DNA from: Mizuhopecten yessoensis | Taxonomy: Eukaryota | Length of the DNA stretch: 64,000 nt | Reading direction: 5' to 3' | Assembly (NCBI RefSeq): GCF_002113885.1 | Contig: NW_018408761.1 | Coordinates: forward strand, 997,580 to 1,061,579 | Shown here: one piece after another, positions 1 through 11,307 of the stretch | How the letters are laid out: each line of letters begins with the position of its first letter | Numbering within the stretch: the stretch's first letter is position 1 | Made by a program: the position numbers and the translations under genes | Notes under the pieces: model-generated | What the model saw: the letters and a program-made list of their open reading frames with translations, nothing else | The model's database searches: none | What the model was told of the DNA's origin: nothing

Positions 1-235
1 TAAACTTTAATATCTTGAGTATCTTTATAAATTTTAATATATTTAATATCTTTATAAACTTTAGTATCTTTAGTATCTTTATAACCTTTAATATCTTTTG
101 TATCTTTATAAACATTAATATCTTGAGTATCTTTATAAATTTTAATATATAAATATCTTTATAAACTTTAGTATCTTTAGTATCTTTATAACCTTTAATA
201 TCTTATAGCATCTTTAGCATCTTTATTGTTATACC
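1..235. repeat. AT-rich satellite, about 10-20 bp TATCTTTATAAAC-type subunits with an approximately 110 bp higher-order period
   Basis: Direct reading: TATCTTTATAAACTTTA(A/G)TATCTT units recur. Block 1-110 recurs nearly verbatim at about 111-225. Confidence 0.8.
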
Positions 236-1095
236 CCTTTACCATTGGTTAAGTCAAGTACAGCTATAAATTACAGACCAGACGTTATATTTTGTATCCC
301 AAAGGGAGACTAATCTACACAATGCATAAATAAGGGAGACCCATTTCTCTTTATAATATCAAACATGTATTGCCCTTGATTTATGGAAACACGACTCTTT
401 CTCTCCCTGAGTTTAATCGCACCATTAGTACCGTCTCTTTCAGTCACATAGAACAAAGTTGTGGTGCATCTAACTCATTTTCCAGAGAGAGTCCGAATAA
501 GGGAAAAGGACGGGGGAATTCGAGCGCGAGAGAGAAAGCGCAGTGTTGTGTGGACCAAACCAGATTTATCTCTGTGCAATTCACACGGAAACACAATATT
601 AGTTTACAACGAAATACAATTTAAAGATGAAAACGATGATTATTGGATAGATCAGTGATTATTTAAGTGGTTAATTGATTTTATTATAATAATCAAAGCA
701 ATAATCTATTATCGTTTTTATATAGAAAAAAAAGGCTAAAAGTCATTGACATCCAATTGCCCCACAGGTGTGTATAATTTGTGCAGATTTTTTTTTTAAG
801 AATAAAAAAACCCACTAAAGGCATGAAGCCCAACCTTGTTATCGTAATATCAAGACAATTGTTAATTCATCTTATCTGGAAGTCCTTTATTGAATCTTTG
901 AATCTAACAAGGATAGGGAGACTTAATGGAAGTTCAGGGAAATGACGAACTTTCTTAAACACATTCAATTCATTGATAAAAATATTCTGGTAGCTTCGCC
1001 CTCGTGAAATACGATTGATCTCAGGGAAACAAAGATTCATGTTTCTCTGCAGTAATATATTAACAAAACAGTAAATTACTATTTACGTAAAGCAG

Positions 1096-1101
1096 TTTAT
1101 T
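1096..1101 (-). terminator. Candidate AATAAA polyadenylation signal of the coiled-coil gene
   Basis: TTTATT on the + strand (AATAAA on -), about 126 nt downstream of the stop codon at 1229-1227. Confidence 0.3.
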
Positions 1102-1226
1102 TATGTGCGTGTTATCAAAGACATAATCAGCTTGAAGTTTTCCGTAGAAATAATATCAAAAGGATTACTAATCTTGGTAGATACAAATGTTCGCTTATTA
1201 GAATACCTTTTTACCACAGAAAGATA

Positions 1227-2519
1227 TCAATCTTCATCACCCCTCACGACACACGATGGCCGGCGTGACCTTGTTCTCATTTCTCGCATTTTCCTGTCCT
1301 GATTAGTTTCCGGAAGCAACTCAATTATCTTTGCTTTCTCCTTTCTGGCCTCTTCTTTAAAATCGACCCATTTTCCGTCAAATTTTGATAGAATCATCTG
1401 CCTCTGAACCCTACTCATCAGATTCTTCATAGACTCCCAAGCCACGTTTTTCTCTCGATCGACGTTTTCGCATTCTTGTATCCGACGCGTTTTTTCATCT
1501 GCGCATGCTTTCTCAACCCATTTTGCAGCAATTTTCCTAACAAGCTCTTCCTCTACTCTAGACTTTAGTTCTCTAACTTTCTCCTTGTAGCTTTCTTCTA
1601 TCCTTTCTTCCTCCTCTAATACTTGTTGATACATCCTTCTCATGTTGTCCAGGACCTTATCAAAATTTTGAATTGCTTTGGCTCTTTCCTTGTCTTTTAG
1701 CAGGTTATTCTGTTCCATCACACGTTCCTTCTGTTCATCCTCAAACAGCTTCTTCGTCACATCTCTATCCATATTTAAAACAATCCTGATAAGAGATTCA
1801 TCCAGCATCTCCATCATGGCTCCCCGGTAATCATCATCCAAACACTTTTCGTCGTCGACAAGCCTTCCGAACGCTTCTTCCAGATCACGATTGATGTAGG
1901 TCCTCTTCTGATTCGTTTCAGACATAGCGTCGACTAAATCTTCAACACTTGGAGACTTATCAACGTTGCTTAACATCGCTCGAAGCAATTTAATCTGATG
2001 AAAACGCTCTTCTTCTGTTTCCATGGCAACCAGACCAGCGTGCGTGTAGTTCAGAAGCTGAAGCTGCATGTCATCTTTGACCTTTGCCTGGTGGTTTTTC
2101 ACAGATGCTGTTTCCGTTTTCATCTTTTTCCCGCTGAATTTCATGGTATCATCGAATTCTTTGTTCATGGGACTAAGTGCTTCACTTGCCATTAACTTCT
2201 CAGTTTCCTCAAAATGAACCTTCCTGTCTTTCTCCTTGTCAACCTCGGCGTTAATATGATGAAGTGTCAGGCGTCGAGTCGCTCTGGCCATAGGAGCCAT
2301 CCCCTCGACATCCCAATGATTTCCACTGTACGTTTTCTCATCCAGTGATTTCTGCTTGCGATCCCGTAATTCATAAAACCCGGGTTGTTTCTTTATTCCG
2401 CTGTAGTTGTTTTGTAGATTTTTCGCCTGTCTAATACCCTGTCCAAAATCTCTGTTCAAATAACGCTTTATCTGAAATTCTTCAATGCTATCCGAATCAG
2501 AATCGCTATCCGACGACAT
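1227..2519 (-). CDS. Intronless gene for a charged coiled-coil protein (430 aa from the second Met; family not recognised)
   Basis: Uninterrupted 459-codon ORF 1227-2606. I place the start at Met30 (ATG 2519-2517, MSSDSDSDSDSIEEFQIKRY...) because the first ATG of the ORF lies inside a palindromic TGACGTCA motif. Long E/K/R-rich heptad-like region (..EEEERIEESYKEKVRELKSRVEEELVRKIAAKW..). Stop TGA at 1229-1227. Confidence 0.6.
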   Translation of the reverse strand: MSSDSDSDSDSIEEFQIKRYLNRDFGQGIRQAKNLQNNYSGIKKQPGFYELRDRKQKSLDEKTYSGNHWDVEGMAPMARATRRLTLHHINAEVDKEKDRKVHFEETEKLMASEALSPMNKEFDDTMKFSGKKMKTETASVKNHQAKVKDDMQLQLLNYTHAGLVAMETEEERFHQIKLLRAMLSNVDKSPSVEDLVDAMSETNQKRTYINRDLEEAFGRLVDDEKCLDDDYRGAMMEMLDESLIRIVLNMDRDVTKKLFEDEQKERVMEQNNLLKDKERAKAIQNFDKVLDNMRRMYQQVLEEEERIEESYKEKVRELKSRVEEELVRKIAAKWVEKACADEKTRRIQECENVDREKNVAWESMKNLMSRVQRQMILSKFDGKWVDFKEEARKEKAKIIELLPETNQDRKMREMRTRSRRPSCVVRGDED

Positions 2520-2597
2520 TTTCCTGACAGTATATAGACACAACACGCGAAACTGTCGTGTGACGGCAGCCGATGCGTCGTCAAGTAGCCCCGAGGA

Positions 2598-2661
2598 TGA
2601 CGTCACAATAGATAATAATCCGGTGATTAATTGTGACGTGGCCCATTCAGTCTATGACGCA
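2598..2661. promoter_or_regulatory. Cluster of CRE/ATF-type motifs at the 5' end of the coiled-coil gene (candidate core promoter)
   Basis: TGACGTCA 2598-2605 (perfect palindromic CRE), TGACGTG 2634-2640, TGACGCA 2655-2661. They lie 80-140 bp upstream (on -) of the proposed ATG at 2519. Confidence 0.4.
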
Positions 2662-3058
2662 GCCCAAATAAACAAGTACATATTTTCCATTGCTTTCATT
2701 GACATTTCTGAATAAAGACTGTTTATCTTAATGAAACCTTGAAATGACAATACACTTTATATAACTGTTTAGAAGTTGTGGAGATGTAACCAAACATGAA
2801 CAGAAGTGCAATATAAAATTTTCATAAAAAGAATTCAGTGTAAAAGCTATGGAAAGTCCGCTTGGAGGGACCATAAAAAGGATGAGTTCTTTTTTGTTTA
2901 TTTTTTTATTGTGTGTCTATTTCTTTGTAGGTAGGTGCCTAGGTTTTATCAAATGAAAAAAAATAAGGAAATATTTGTTCATCCACGACAACAATGGTCT
3001 AGGGGAGGCGATCCTGTCATCTGTAATATTTACCGCCAGATGGCAGAGCTAGTATATA

Positions 3059-3540
3059 ATGTTTATTTCCGGGGTTGTCTGCTTTTGTCATTTCTAAATT
3101 TAGATTTAGCTTGATTTGCAAAAAGTTAAATCACAATGTTTGAGTTCTACAAAACAATATGAAGGTATCTTGGCCACCTGACAAGATGACAGACATTGAC
3201 AAATGCCAAGTCCAGAAGTTTTCTTGGCCGAAGTGGACCAGTAGCAACTTGCATCTCACGAGCGTAGTGGCAGGAGTACCCACGAGTGGAGAGCTAGGTA
3301 CACTGCATTGTCCCTTTGCTAGTACGGAAGTTTTTGTGGATTTGTAAAATGCATGCTGTTATATGAATGACTTGCACGAGGTTTGCCAAGTGTTGAGCAA
3401 ATCAATATTAGACAATAAAAGTTTATAAAACTGTTACAGTTATACTAAAATAGTATCAGGTTTTGAATGCAGTTCACCTTTACTTTCACTTTCCTATATA
3501 AATCAATGGCCATCAGGCAGACAACCCCGGAAATAAATGT
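3059..3540. mobile_element. MITE-like element bounded by 24-bp inverted repeats
   Basis: ATGTTTATTTCCGGGGTTGTCTGC (3059-3082) versus GCAGACAACCCCGGAAATAAATGT (3517-3540): reverse complements with one mismatch. Confidence 0.45.
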
Positions 3541-4043
3541 TGACTGCCTGAATACATTTTACAAAAAATGGTGAAAAAATAGCAACACGCAAATACCGGT
3601 ATTTATTTATAGGCTATACATATAATGTTTAGATAAAAGATGTGTTGAATATTTTAAAGATTTCAGAATTATTGCTAACATCACGGAATTTAAGTCCGTG
3701 CTAGCATGGACATTTCCACTCTGTTATCAGTTTCAAGAGTGAGTTAATCAGTTGGTATAGTTGTCACTTGCAAAACTTTCCACTTTTACAGTAAATACTG
3801 GGTAGTCACCCAAAATTTTAACACCTGATGAGTCATATTGAAAGCCTGATGAAATGTTGGAATTAAGATACACATCTTAAATGTTAATAGAACTTGTATA
3901 GTACTGTAGTTTTTCAAATGACACATGTTGACATTAACACATTGTCTGTATAATATGGCACAAGGATCAATGTCTTCATAAAAAATACTTATTGGCTTGA
4001 TAGTGTGTCAGTCTCTTTGGGAAAAAAATGAATGCTGCGAAAT

Positions 4044-4580
4044 GACTAGCCCGAGTTTCCTCTGGCCCTGACACCAGACTTAGACATTTTGACAGAAAGA
4101 TGTCTGGTGTGGGGCCAGAGCACACTGCTATATAAAAATGTGGAATTATCTGACACCGTTTGGTATCAGGGAGTGACTAATCCGGGGGGGTGAACAAAAA
4201 GACATGGTCCGGAAATCTTCTGAACAATAATTATATATTCCGTTTTCAGTCCCGGTTTATTGATTAGACACGACCTACAAAAATGGCATTCGCTCAGGTG
4301 AGAAATTTTTAATGAATGAAAATCGAAGACTCGACTGAATAAATTTAGCAGCTGTTGGTGATATGAGAGCTGATTTTGATCAATAAATAATCCATTTGTC
4401 ATTATATGCGAGATATGTGTTGTGTCGTAGTAGATTTTTGTTGTCAGCACCTTATAACTCTCTGATACCAAACAGTGTCGGAGAACTCCACGTTTTCACA
4501 TAGCATTGCACTCTGGCCCCACACCACCAGACATCTATTTGTCTAAGCCTGGTGTCGGGGCCAGAGGAAACTTGGGCTAC
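4044..4580. mobile_element. Foldback/MITE element with approximately 125-bp inverted arms, 200 bp upstream of the PARP4-like start codon
   Basis: Left arm GACTAGCCCGAGTTTCCTCTGGCCCTGACACCAGACTTAGAC...GGTATCAGGGAG (4044-4170). It is the imperfect reverse complement of 4458-4580 (...CTCTCTGATACC...GGTGTCGGGGCCAGAGGAAACTTGGGCTAC). Confidence 0.6.
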
Positions 4581-4779
4581 AAAATGACATATTATCAAAC
4601 AAAATACAAAATTTGATTTGTTTTTTGTATTGGAAATTTGATGTGCATTCAAGCATAAACAGATAAAGGAGTCTTGCAAATGCATGACAATCTTGGAAAG
4701 CTAAGGGAATTCCCAATTTCATTATCTTTTTTCTTCTTTCCCTTTCTACCAACCAGAAAACCCTTTAGAGAAGAAAACC

Positions 4780-4914
4780 ATGAATTCCTCCATATTCCGA
4801 CGTCTTACTGTTGTGCTTGAGTTCAACTCAATGATGCCATTCAAGGAAAAAGCCAGATGGCGCAAGAAAATTACGGACAATGGTGGGACTGTGTCCTATA
4901 TCATAACAAAGAAG
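4780..4914 (+). CDS. PARP4: PARP4-like exon 1 (BRCT, N-terminal half)
   Basis: ATG at 4780. MNSSIFRRLTVVLEFNSMMPFKEKARWRKKITDNGGTVSYIITKK. Donor AAG|GTGAGC, phase 0. Aligns with the vertebrate PARP4 N-terminus (..IKENGGKFSF..). Confidence 0.85.
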
Positions 4915-5532
4915 GTGAGCATAAACTTAGAATATTGTCTCGGCTACGTATACATATTAGTCTCAAGTAGTATGGTACAAAACATAAGTTACAGGAAACA
5001 CTACCGCTCACAAGGGTAATGCAACTGCACTGCAACATCCTACTTTTGCACAATGTCCTGCAGATTATTGTTTGTTGAGGCTGTCAGAGAAGAGTTATAA
5101 TTAACAGGACTAAAAAAATGGTCCTGAGATTCAACTGAAATCTACTATTTCTAGATGAAGTCTATTGACTGTATGGATATGTGTAAAACTATATATAGCT
5201 ATAGTTTTCCTAAGCAGCAATATAACTTGCATTTCACTCCAGGTGCCACCATTTAGGGAATACAATTTTAATTTTTGTATACTAACCAGCAGGCAGATTT
5301 GTTTCTATCTCGTGAAATTTTCCACCCTGAACACTGTTAGCCAAACTCTTTACGGTTTTGTTTTCTTAACTTTAGAATAAAAACATACATTTTTTGTATA
5401 AATGTTTTTCCATGATTCATATCAAACAAAATTGTGCTTCTGATATTCTTTGTTTATTATTCCTTTGTTAGAAACGTTAACCTTCTCAGATTCTGTGATG
5501 ACATTTTGACAACATTTGTGATTTGTTTACAG

Positions 5533-5731
5533 ATATCCTGCCTGGTTTTATTTAACGACATGTTGGAGAAATCTACATACAAAGTTCGTCAGGCTAGAAG
5601 GTGCAGGGTGCCCGTGTTGAGGGCCGAGTTTATTGACGACAGTCTGCAGCAGCAGCAGAGACTGTCCATGACTACTTATATTGCTGGAGAGGCTATGGAG
5701 GGCAAGAATTTCCAGAAGGGAAAAATAATGA
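5533..5731 (+). CDS. PARP4: PARP4-like exon 2 (BRCT, C-terminal half)
   Basis: Acceptor TTGTTTACAG|. ISCLVLFNDMLEKSTYKVRQARRCRVPVLRAEFIDDSLQQQQRLSMTTYIAGEAMEGKNFQKGKIM. Donor ATGA|GTAAAT, ends in phase 1. Confidence 0.8.
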
Positions 5732-6052
5732 GTAAATCAATTCTTATTTAACCTTACATCTTATATAAAAAAAAATCTTGTACATATTGGCAACATATCT
5801 TTTTATTTGAACACAAAAAAAAAGGTCCGCTTTATATGAGTTTTGTAAAACATTATTATTTCTAATTCAATTTCCATGGAAGTATTGGTGTTATACACAG
5901 AAATATCATTTAGATTTTCTGCTCCACTTTCCATCCAGTCCTGTGTAACATTTGTTGACCTGTGATCTAGATATATGTTAGTTTGAACGTATTGACACTA
6001 TTGCATTTATTTTATTCCTGAACTTCACATGCACTTGGTTTGAATTTGACAG

Positions 6053-6195
6053 CCCCACAGCAGCGATTAGTACGGAAGAAGAAACGGAAAATACATATGA
6101 ACCTGAACAGCCTAGAGTGCTGGCCCCTTGGTGACCCAGATAGTCCTGAGTATGACGAGGAGGGATACTCTGTGGCCAAATGGGCGGTTCTCAAA
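6053..6195 (+). CDS. PARP4: PARP4-like exon 3 (linker with basic NLS-like RKKKRK)
   Basis: Acceptor TTTGACAG|. (T)PQQRLVRKKKRKIHMNLNSLECWPLGDPDSPEYDEEGYSVAKWAVLK. Donor AAA|GTAGGT. Phase is consistent with exon 2. Confidence 0.75.
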
Positions 6196-6442
6196 GTAGG
6201 TACTCACTTCTAGTCTGCCACGAAAAATCAAAATGATATCAGTAATATGTTTATTGATGATTTCAAATACTAAATTGTGTGTATGGTTCTTGAGAAAGTT
6301 GCTTATAAAACTTCATTCATATGTACACTCAGTATTAAAGCCAGCTTCCTTTAGTGTCATATAGAAATATTTGCTAAATATTACTTGTACTTGGTCAAAC
6401 TTGTGAACAGGTTAAGTACTTAAGTAACTAATTTACCCCATT

Positions 6443-6886
6443 TTTAGGTCAACTTAGCTTTAGCTCCTGACAAAGTGTTGATAGTTTTTCGGGTCAATCA
6501 GAAATCCAATATGGCCGCCACGGCCGCCATTTTGAAAAACTATTTCAAACTTAAAGTCAAGTTCTACTGGGCCGATTGAACTGAAACTTTGTAGGAATGA
6601 TCGACTCATGGTCCTGACAAAGTGTTATTATTATATTTCGGGTCGATCAGAAATCCAATATGGCTGCCACGGCCGTCATTTTGAAAAACTATTTCAAACT
6701 TAAAGTCAAGTTCTAATAGGCCGATTGAACTGAAAATTGGTCTAGGAATGATCAGTTCATGGTCCTGACAAACTTAAGTTAACGTTATACTTAACAATTT
6801 TTTACTCAAATTGGTACATATTTCAACAACAAAAATTAATACTGTAGGACTCAGGTGACCGTTAAGGCCCATGGACCTCTTGTTTT
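6443..6886 (+). mobile_element. Composite non-autonomous element, family B (ends TTAGGTCA... / CAGGTGACCGTTAAGGCCC.TGG.CCTCTTGTT) with internal approximately 131-bp tandem units
   Basis: Units GGTCCTGACAAAGTGTTG...TTCGGGTC.ATCAGAAATCCAATATGGCCGCCACGGCCGCCATTTTGAAAAAC...AATGATCGACTCATG appear about 2.5 times. The same unit and tail recur at 43240-43925 and 56229-56956. Confidence 0.65.
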
Positions 6887-7530
6887 ATGGTAAAATCCCC
6901 TTTAGGTTTTTGGGGGAAAGAATTAACCTTTTTGTTATCTAACTGTATGGGTCTTATGTAGAATTTCATGTTTTCCTTTATGTCTCCTAAATAGAGGAAA
7001 TTGGAGAAAACTGCATGTGCTACAACCTTTTTTTTCTTTTTCTTATATGTTTCTGGTATTTCTACCCAGTGTGGCCTTGTATGATATCACAGATAACAAA
7101 ATCCAAATTCTATTTATCAGAGATTGATGTATGAAAAGCATAAGATTTATTTTTTCTTACATTCAAAACCAGATTATAAAAGAAAACAATGCTGTGATGA
7201 AGACTTTGAAGGCTAATCTGAAGAAATAAATATATGTCGGAGTTGGGCCTACATATATAAATGTCTTTGATAGCCTGAACAAGACTTGTGTATAATGAAG
7301 TCTCAGTGAAAGTAAATGTAGTAAAACCTTTTTATACTGCCACCATTTGTTTGACAATAAATTGGAGTAATTGTTTAAAATAATTCTTAAGAAAACGAGA
7401 AAAGGGTCATTGAATTTTTTTGGCGATAAACGTGGTGCCAAATGAAACAAGGGGCATTATATCAAGGTTTTACTGTATAAACATTTCTAAAAATGTCTTA
7501 CAAAAATGTGTCCCATGTTCTCTTTTGCAG

Positions 7531-7632
7531 TCTAAAGAGTCTGTCCAGATCCTGGAGGTACACACCAGCCAGTGTGATGTTGATCTTCCCTACCGTCTAT
7601 ACTCTCAGGCAGGATCATTGTCAGAGAAAATG
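7531..7632 (+). CDS. PARP4: PARP4-like exon 4
   Basis: Acceptor CTTTTGCAG|. SKESVQILEVHTSQCDVDLPYRLYSQAGSLSEKM. Donor ATG|GTATGG. An earlier in-frame donor, GAG|GTACAC after 7557, is an alternative. Confidence 0.65.
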
Positions 7633-8024
7633 GTATGGTTTGGCAACACTTGCAAGAAAACATCTTGTTGTAATCCTACTGAGATTCAATTGTAACTGCT
7701 GTTCAGTGGAAAGACAGACATCTCCTCTTGATTAGCCAGTTTATTTATATCTTAGTAAGAAATTTCAAGAAATATTGGTACATTTTGTGCATGTTATACA
7801 GCCAGCATTTGTCTATAGAAATGATTACATTATAAAGAGGTTTGCCAATAAATTGAGGGGAATTTTTAAGAAAAAGAGAAATAGGAACCTTGAAATATGT
7901 TAGCAGTAAGCAAAGGGGAAAGGAACATGGTGCTTTATATCACAGTTTTACTGAATATCAGTGTTGCTTTGTTTAAACAGACTCACGACAACATGATATA
8001 TGTAAGTGTTTTATGTTTTGACAG

Positions 8025-8195
8025 ACTAGTGATAACAAAGACACTCCTGTAGCCTGGTATGTGAGCACGTCCGAGGAGGTTGTGAGTGGATATGAACAGT
8101 TGTACCAGCAATACACCTCACATCCCTATAACATGTCTGTATGGGATAACCCTGTGCTAACTAACAGTACCTTGGGGTCTCCCAAACTCCGACTG
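8025..8195 (+). CDS. PARP4: PARP4-like exon 5
   Basis: Acceptor TGTTTTGACAG|. TSDNKDTPVAWYVSTSEEVVSGYEQLYQQYTSHPYNMSVWDNPVLTNSTLGSPKLRL. Donor CTG|GTAGGT. Confidence 0.7.
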
Positions 8196-8299
8196 GTAGG
8201 TAGCTTGTCATCACAGAAATGTTTCTCTCAGAACATCATACTGGAGATCAGTTTTCCTTTTTTGAATAAAATGAATACTGATGTCTCATTTCCTGAAAC

Positions 8300-8700
8300 C
8301 TAAAAGATTCTTTCACTTTAGCCGTGGTTCTGTTATTTTGTCATATGTATCTCTATGCATTTTGGAATAGCTTACCATATGCTATTAGAAAGTCAAATAC
8401 CCTGGCTAAATTCAAGCAGAACATCAAAACACACCTCTTCACATCGACATCAAAACACACCTCTTCACGTCTGCATTTTAGGGTCTCTGTAAAGACGTCA
8501 TGTAAATACCACCCTTTATTTATTCATTTATGTACACATTGAGATGATTATCTGCTTGCTTAATGTATAATGGTTATTGTAAGCCTTTGTTTTTGTTTCA
8601 CAATTATAACTAATACTATTATCAATATGTTGTAAAGCGCTTTAGAGTAATTTTACAAATTATATAGGGCGCTATATAAATGTTGTATATTATTATCATG
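8300..8700 (+). mobile_element. 3' fragment of a LINE-type retrotransposon (ORF2 C-terminal tail motif)
   Basis: ORF 8324-8542 contains ..FWNSLPYAIRKSNTLAKFKQNIKTHLF... It is followed by ..AAGCGCTTTAGAG..GGGCGCTATATAAATG..ATTATTATC. This is a widespread non-LTR 3' end pattern (WN.LP....R......FK..LKTHLF). Boundaries are approximate. Confidence 0.45.
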
Positions 8701-9226
8701 GCAATGCTATGGTAACATGTCTGACATTGTTTACATTGTGACATTATTGGTATTGACATGCGATATAGTCAAACATCCATAAATCAAAATTCAAAGATTC
8801 AAATTTCTTGATGTGTCCAACTTGACAGAGCCCAGATTTTCCCCTTATATAACAATACTGATATTCCATTTATGAATTAAACTTTATTAAGTCAAATTTC
8901 TCACTGTTTCGAACTACAATCAATACCCAGTCATAAGGATAACATTGAAAATAACTACTAACAGATTGAAGTAGAACAATTAGCTGTACAAGAACATTGA
9001 AATGTCCCACAGTCATTTTAACACCTAAACATGCAATCTACAGTGTATAAATTTATGTAAAAATATTTTCTAATTACTTTGAATCCAATTTTTATCAATT
9101 CCAAATTTTTCTCGCATTGTGTTGCGTTACTTAACAATCAAATTTGGTCTTATGCAGTATATACAGGATCTCAAAGATGTTTTCATTTCTACTTTTGTGA
9201 GCCGAAGTTGTGATTTTGCAAATGTT

Positions 9227-9372
9227 TCTCATTGGTCCCCCAAAGTTCTCATTGGTCCTACAAAGTTCTCATCGGTCCCCCAAAGTTCTCATTGGTCCCA
9301 CAAAGTTCTCATTGGTCCCACAAAGTTCTCATTGGTCCCGCAAAGTTCTCATTGGTCCCCCAAAGTTCTCAA
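9227..9372. repeat. 20-bp minisatellite, 7 copies (TCATTGGTCCCNCAAAGTTC)
   Basis: Direct reading. It generates the repetitive ORFs 9119-9433 and 9210-9467. Confidence 0.9.
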
Positions 9373-9767
9373 CATCAGAAAGTTTGACTGTAGTTCTAAA
9401 ACTAAAGAGAAAGGGTCAAATGTATTTCAATAGGGTCACTTTCATTATCCCGTTCTCAATGGTGTGACTTGTTGGATTAGACTTTTTGTTCATGAAATTG
9501 TTGACTGATGTTGTTTTCAAGTGAGCCTTGACAAAGACTTTCAATGCATCATTTAATGTATATTTATATAAATCTCCGAGGGTTTTCCTCTGTAAATGTT
9601 TCCAATCATTTATTAGATGATGAACCAGTTGTTCTACATATACAAGAAAATAAAATGTTCTTTGGTAAAGAGAAAAACAGTATGAAATCCATCCTATAGA
9701 TTTTGTAAAGGATTGAGATCAGTCTGTATGGAAGGTGTTGTATTACATCATATCATATTTGTCACAG

Positions 9768-9905
9768 TTGCTGGGAGAGTTGTGTACCCTGACAACGGAG
9801 ATCAGTCCAGAGGTTGGTCAGCTGGTGGAACTGGTTTGGGCAGAGGCGAGTCACGAGGCTGAGACACAACTGAACACGAAACTCCAGCACATCAAGCAAG
9901 AAAAG
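9768..9905 (+). CDS. PARP4: PARP4-like exon 6 (helical region preceding the catalytic domain)
   Basis: Acceptor TTTGTCACAG|. LLGELCTLTTEISPEVGQLVELVWAEASHEAETQLNTKLQHIKQEK (compare vertebrate ..SQEVSDLVEMIWAEALGHLE..). Donor AAG|GTGACA. Confidence 0.8.
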
Positions 9906-11130
9906 GTGACAGAATTAGCATACACCAAGTTGTGCAAAATTTTTGGTTGACCAAGACTGGTTACATGAATCATAGGTCTTATAAGCCTGTTGTCTTGTTC
10001 TATCAATATTGTGAAACTATTGTCAGTAAAATTTGTCGAAATTGAAAACTAGATATTTGAATGTCAATATTGATTTGTTTTACCTGTTAAGCATGTATGC
10101 CCATATGGCATATCAATCTAGCCAGGGAATATGAGGGGAAACTTACACAGCCTTACTGACAAGCTAGCTTTCCAGCGATGTGGTATAACCCTGGGACATG
10201 CTCACTAGTTCTGCAACATAAAGCGTCAACACTATGACATCACTTTAGTTTACTTCTTCTGCCAGTAAAAGAAACATTGAGGGCAATTCCAGATATGAAT
10301 TTATTAGGATTCATAAGAATCGAGGTGGGCACAAATGATTTATAAAATATATTGGTGATGGTGTATCAAATGATACTTTATTAGACAAACTTTAGGGTGA
10401 TGGATATCACAAAAAACGTGTATTATATGAGTTTACCCTGACTTAACCTTGATCCTGTAGTCTTCAGTGACTAGCTTCCAGTGGTCCAGTAAAACATATT
10501 GGTAATGAACCCATGGGACCTCGGATACAAGTTTGATTTAAGTGTGAACACATGAACATTTATTTATAGGTTTTAGATGTACACAATATATACTATACAG
10601 ATTTCCAAAACATTGCCCACTCAAACACTTTCTGCAAGAAAAATGTCCAGCTTTACAGTATGTATAGAATTATGTTATACAGTTTGGTGTTCAAATCACT
10701 TCATTACAAGTAATAATTTACAATAAGAATATTATTATTTAACATTTAAGGCCATCACAATATATTGGAAAACTAGTATATATCGCAATTCACAGGCATA
10801 CCATATCGTATCGCAATATAGAAATGAAATATGGCTGTATCACAATATTTTCCAAAAGTTTATTTTTATGTACCTGCTGTGTGTTTTAGCTTTTGAAATT
10901 ACTACTGACAGTTTTAAAATCCATATAATAAATGCTTCAGTTTGATATCTGACCACAATTTCTTTTTAAATTGAACACCTTTTAATAAGATTTTCCTATG
11001 ACAATATATCGGGATATGTATCACAGTACATTCCTTCTGTATTGCAAAATACCTTGATACACTCTAGGGGTATTGTGACACCCCTGATAAGATGCATTAA
11101 ATTACTAAACATATTTTACTGTGTTGACAG

Positions 11131-11307
11131 GTTGAAGAAGCTGAGGCAGCACTGTTACAACTGAAGGCCTCAGTGATAGAAGGAGCTGACAACACCAAGA
11201 TAAGTGGTTTACTGGAGGAGTTCTACTCTGCAATGCCACATAAAGACATGTACAGAAAGGATACCATGTCACTTAAAGATATCTCGACGAAACAGGATCT
11301 CTGTCAG
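11131..11307 (+). CDS. PARP4: PARP4-like exon 7
   Basis: Acceptor GTGTTGACAG|. VEEAEAALLQLKASVIEGADNTKISGLLEEFYSAMPHKDMYRKDTMSLKDISTKQDLCQ (compare vertebrate ..MTEFYRLIPHKG...KKADLCQ). Donor CAG|GTATAT. See the finding on the exon 7/8 junction. Confidence 0.8.

Noticed and set aside
2520-2606. N-terminal 29-codon extension of the coiled-coil ORF
   Set aside because: Its ATG is embedded in a TGACGTCA promoter-type palindrome, and the peptide looks unlike the rest of the protein. It is more likely 5' UTR or promoter.
7558-7632. Shorter version of exon 4 ending at the GAG|GTACAC donor (7557)
   Set aside because: It is also phase 0. However, the longer exon adds ..VHTSQCDVDLPYRLYSQAGSLSEKM, which parallels the vertebrate ..CSRDSRDCPFLISSHFLLDDGME.. 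segment. It is kept as an alternative only.
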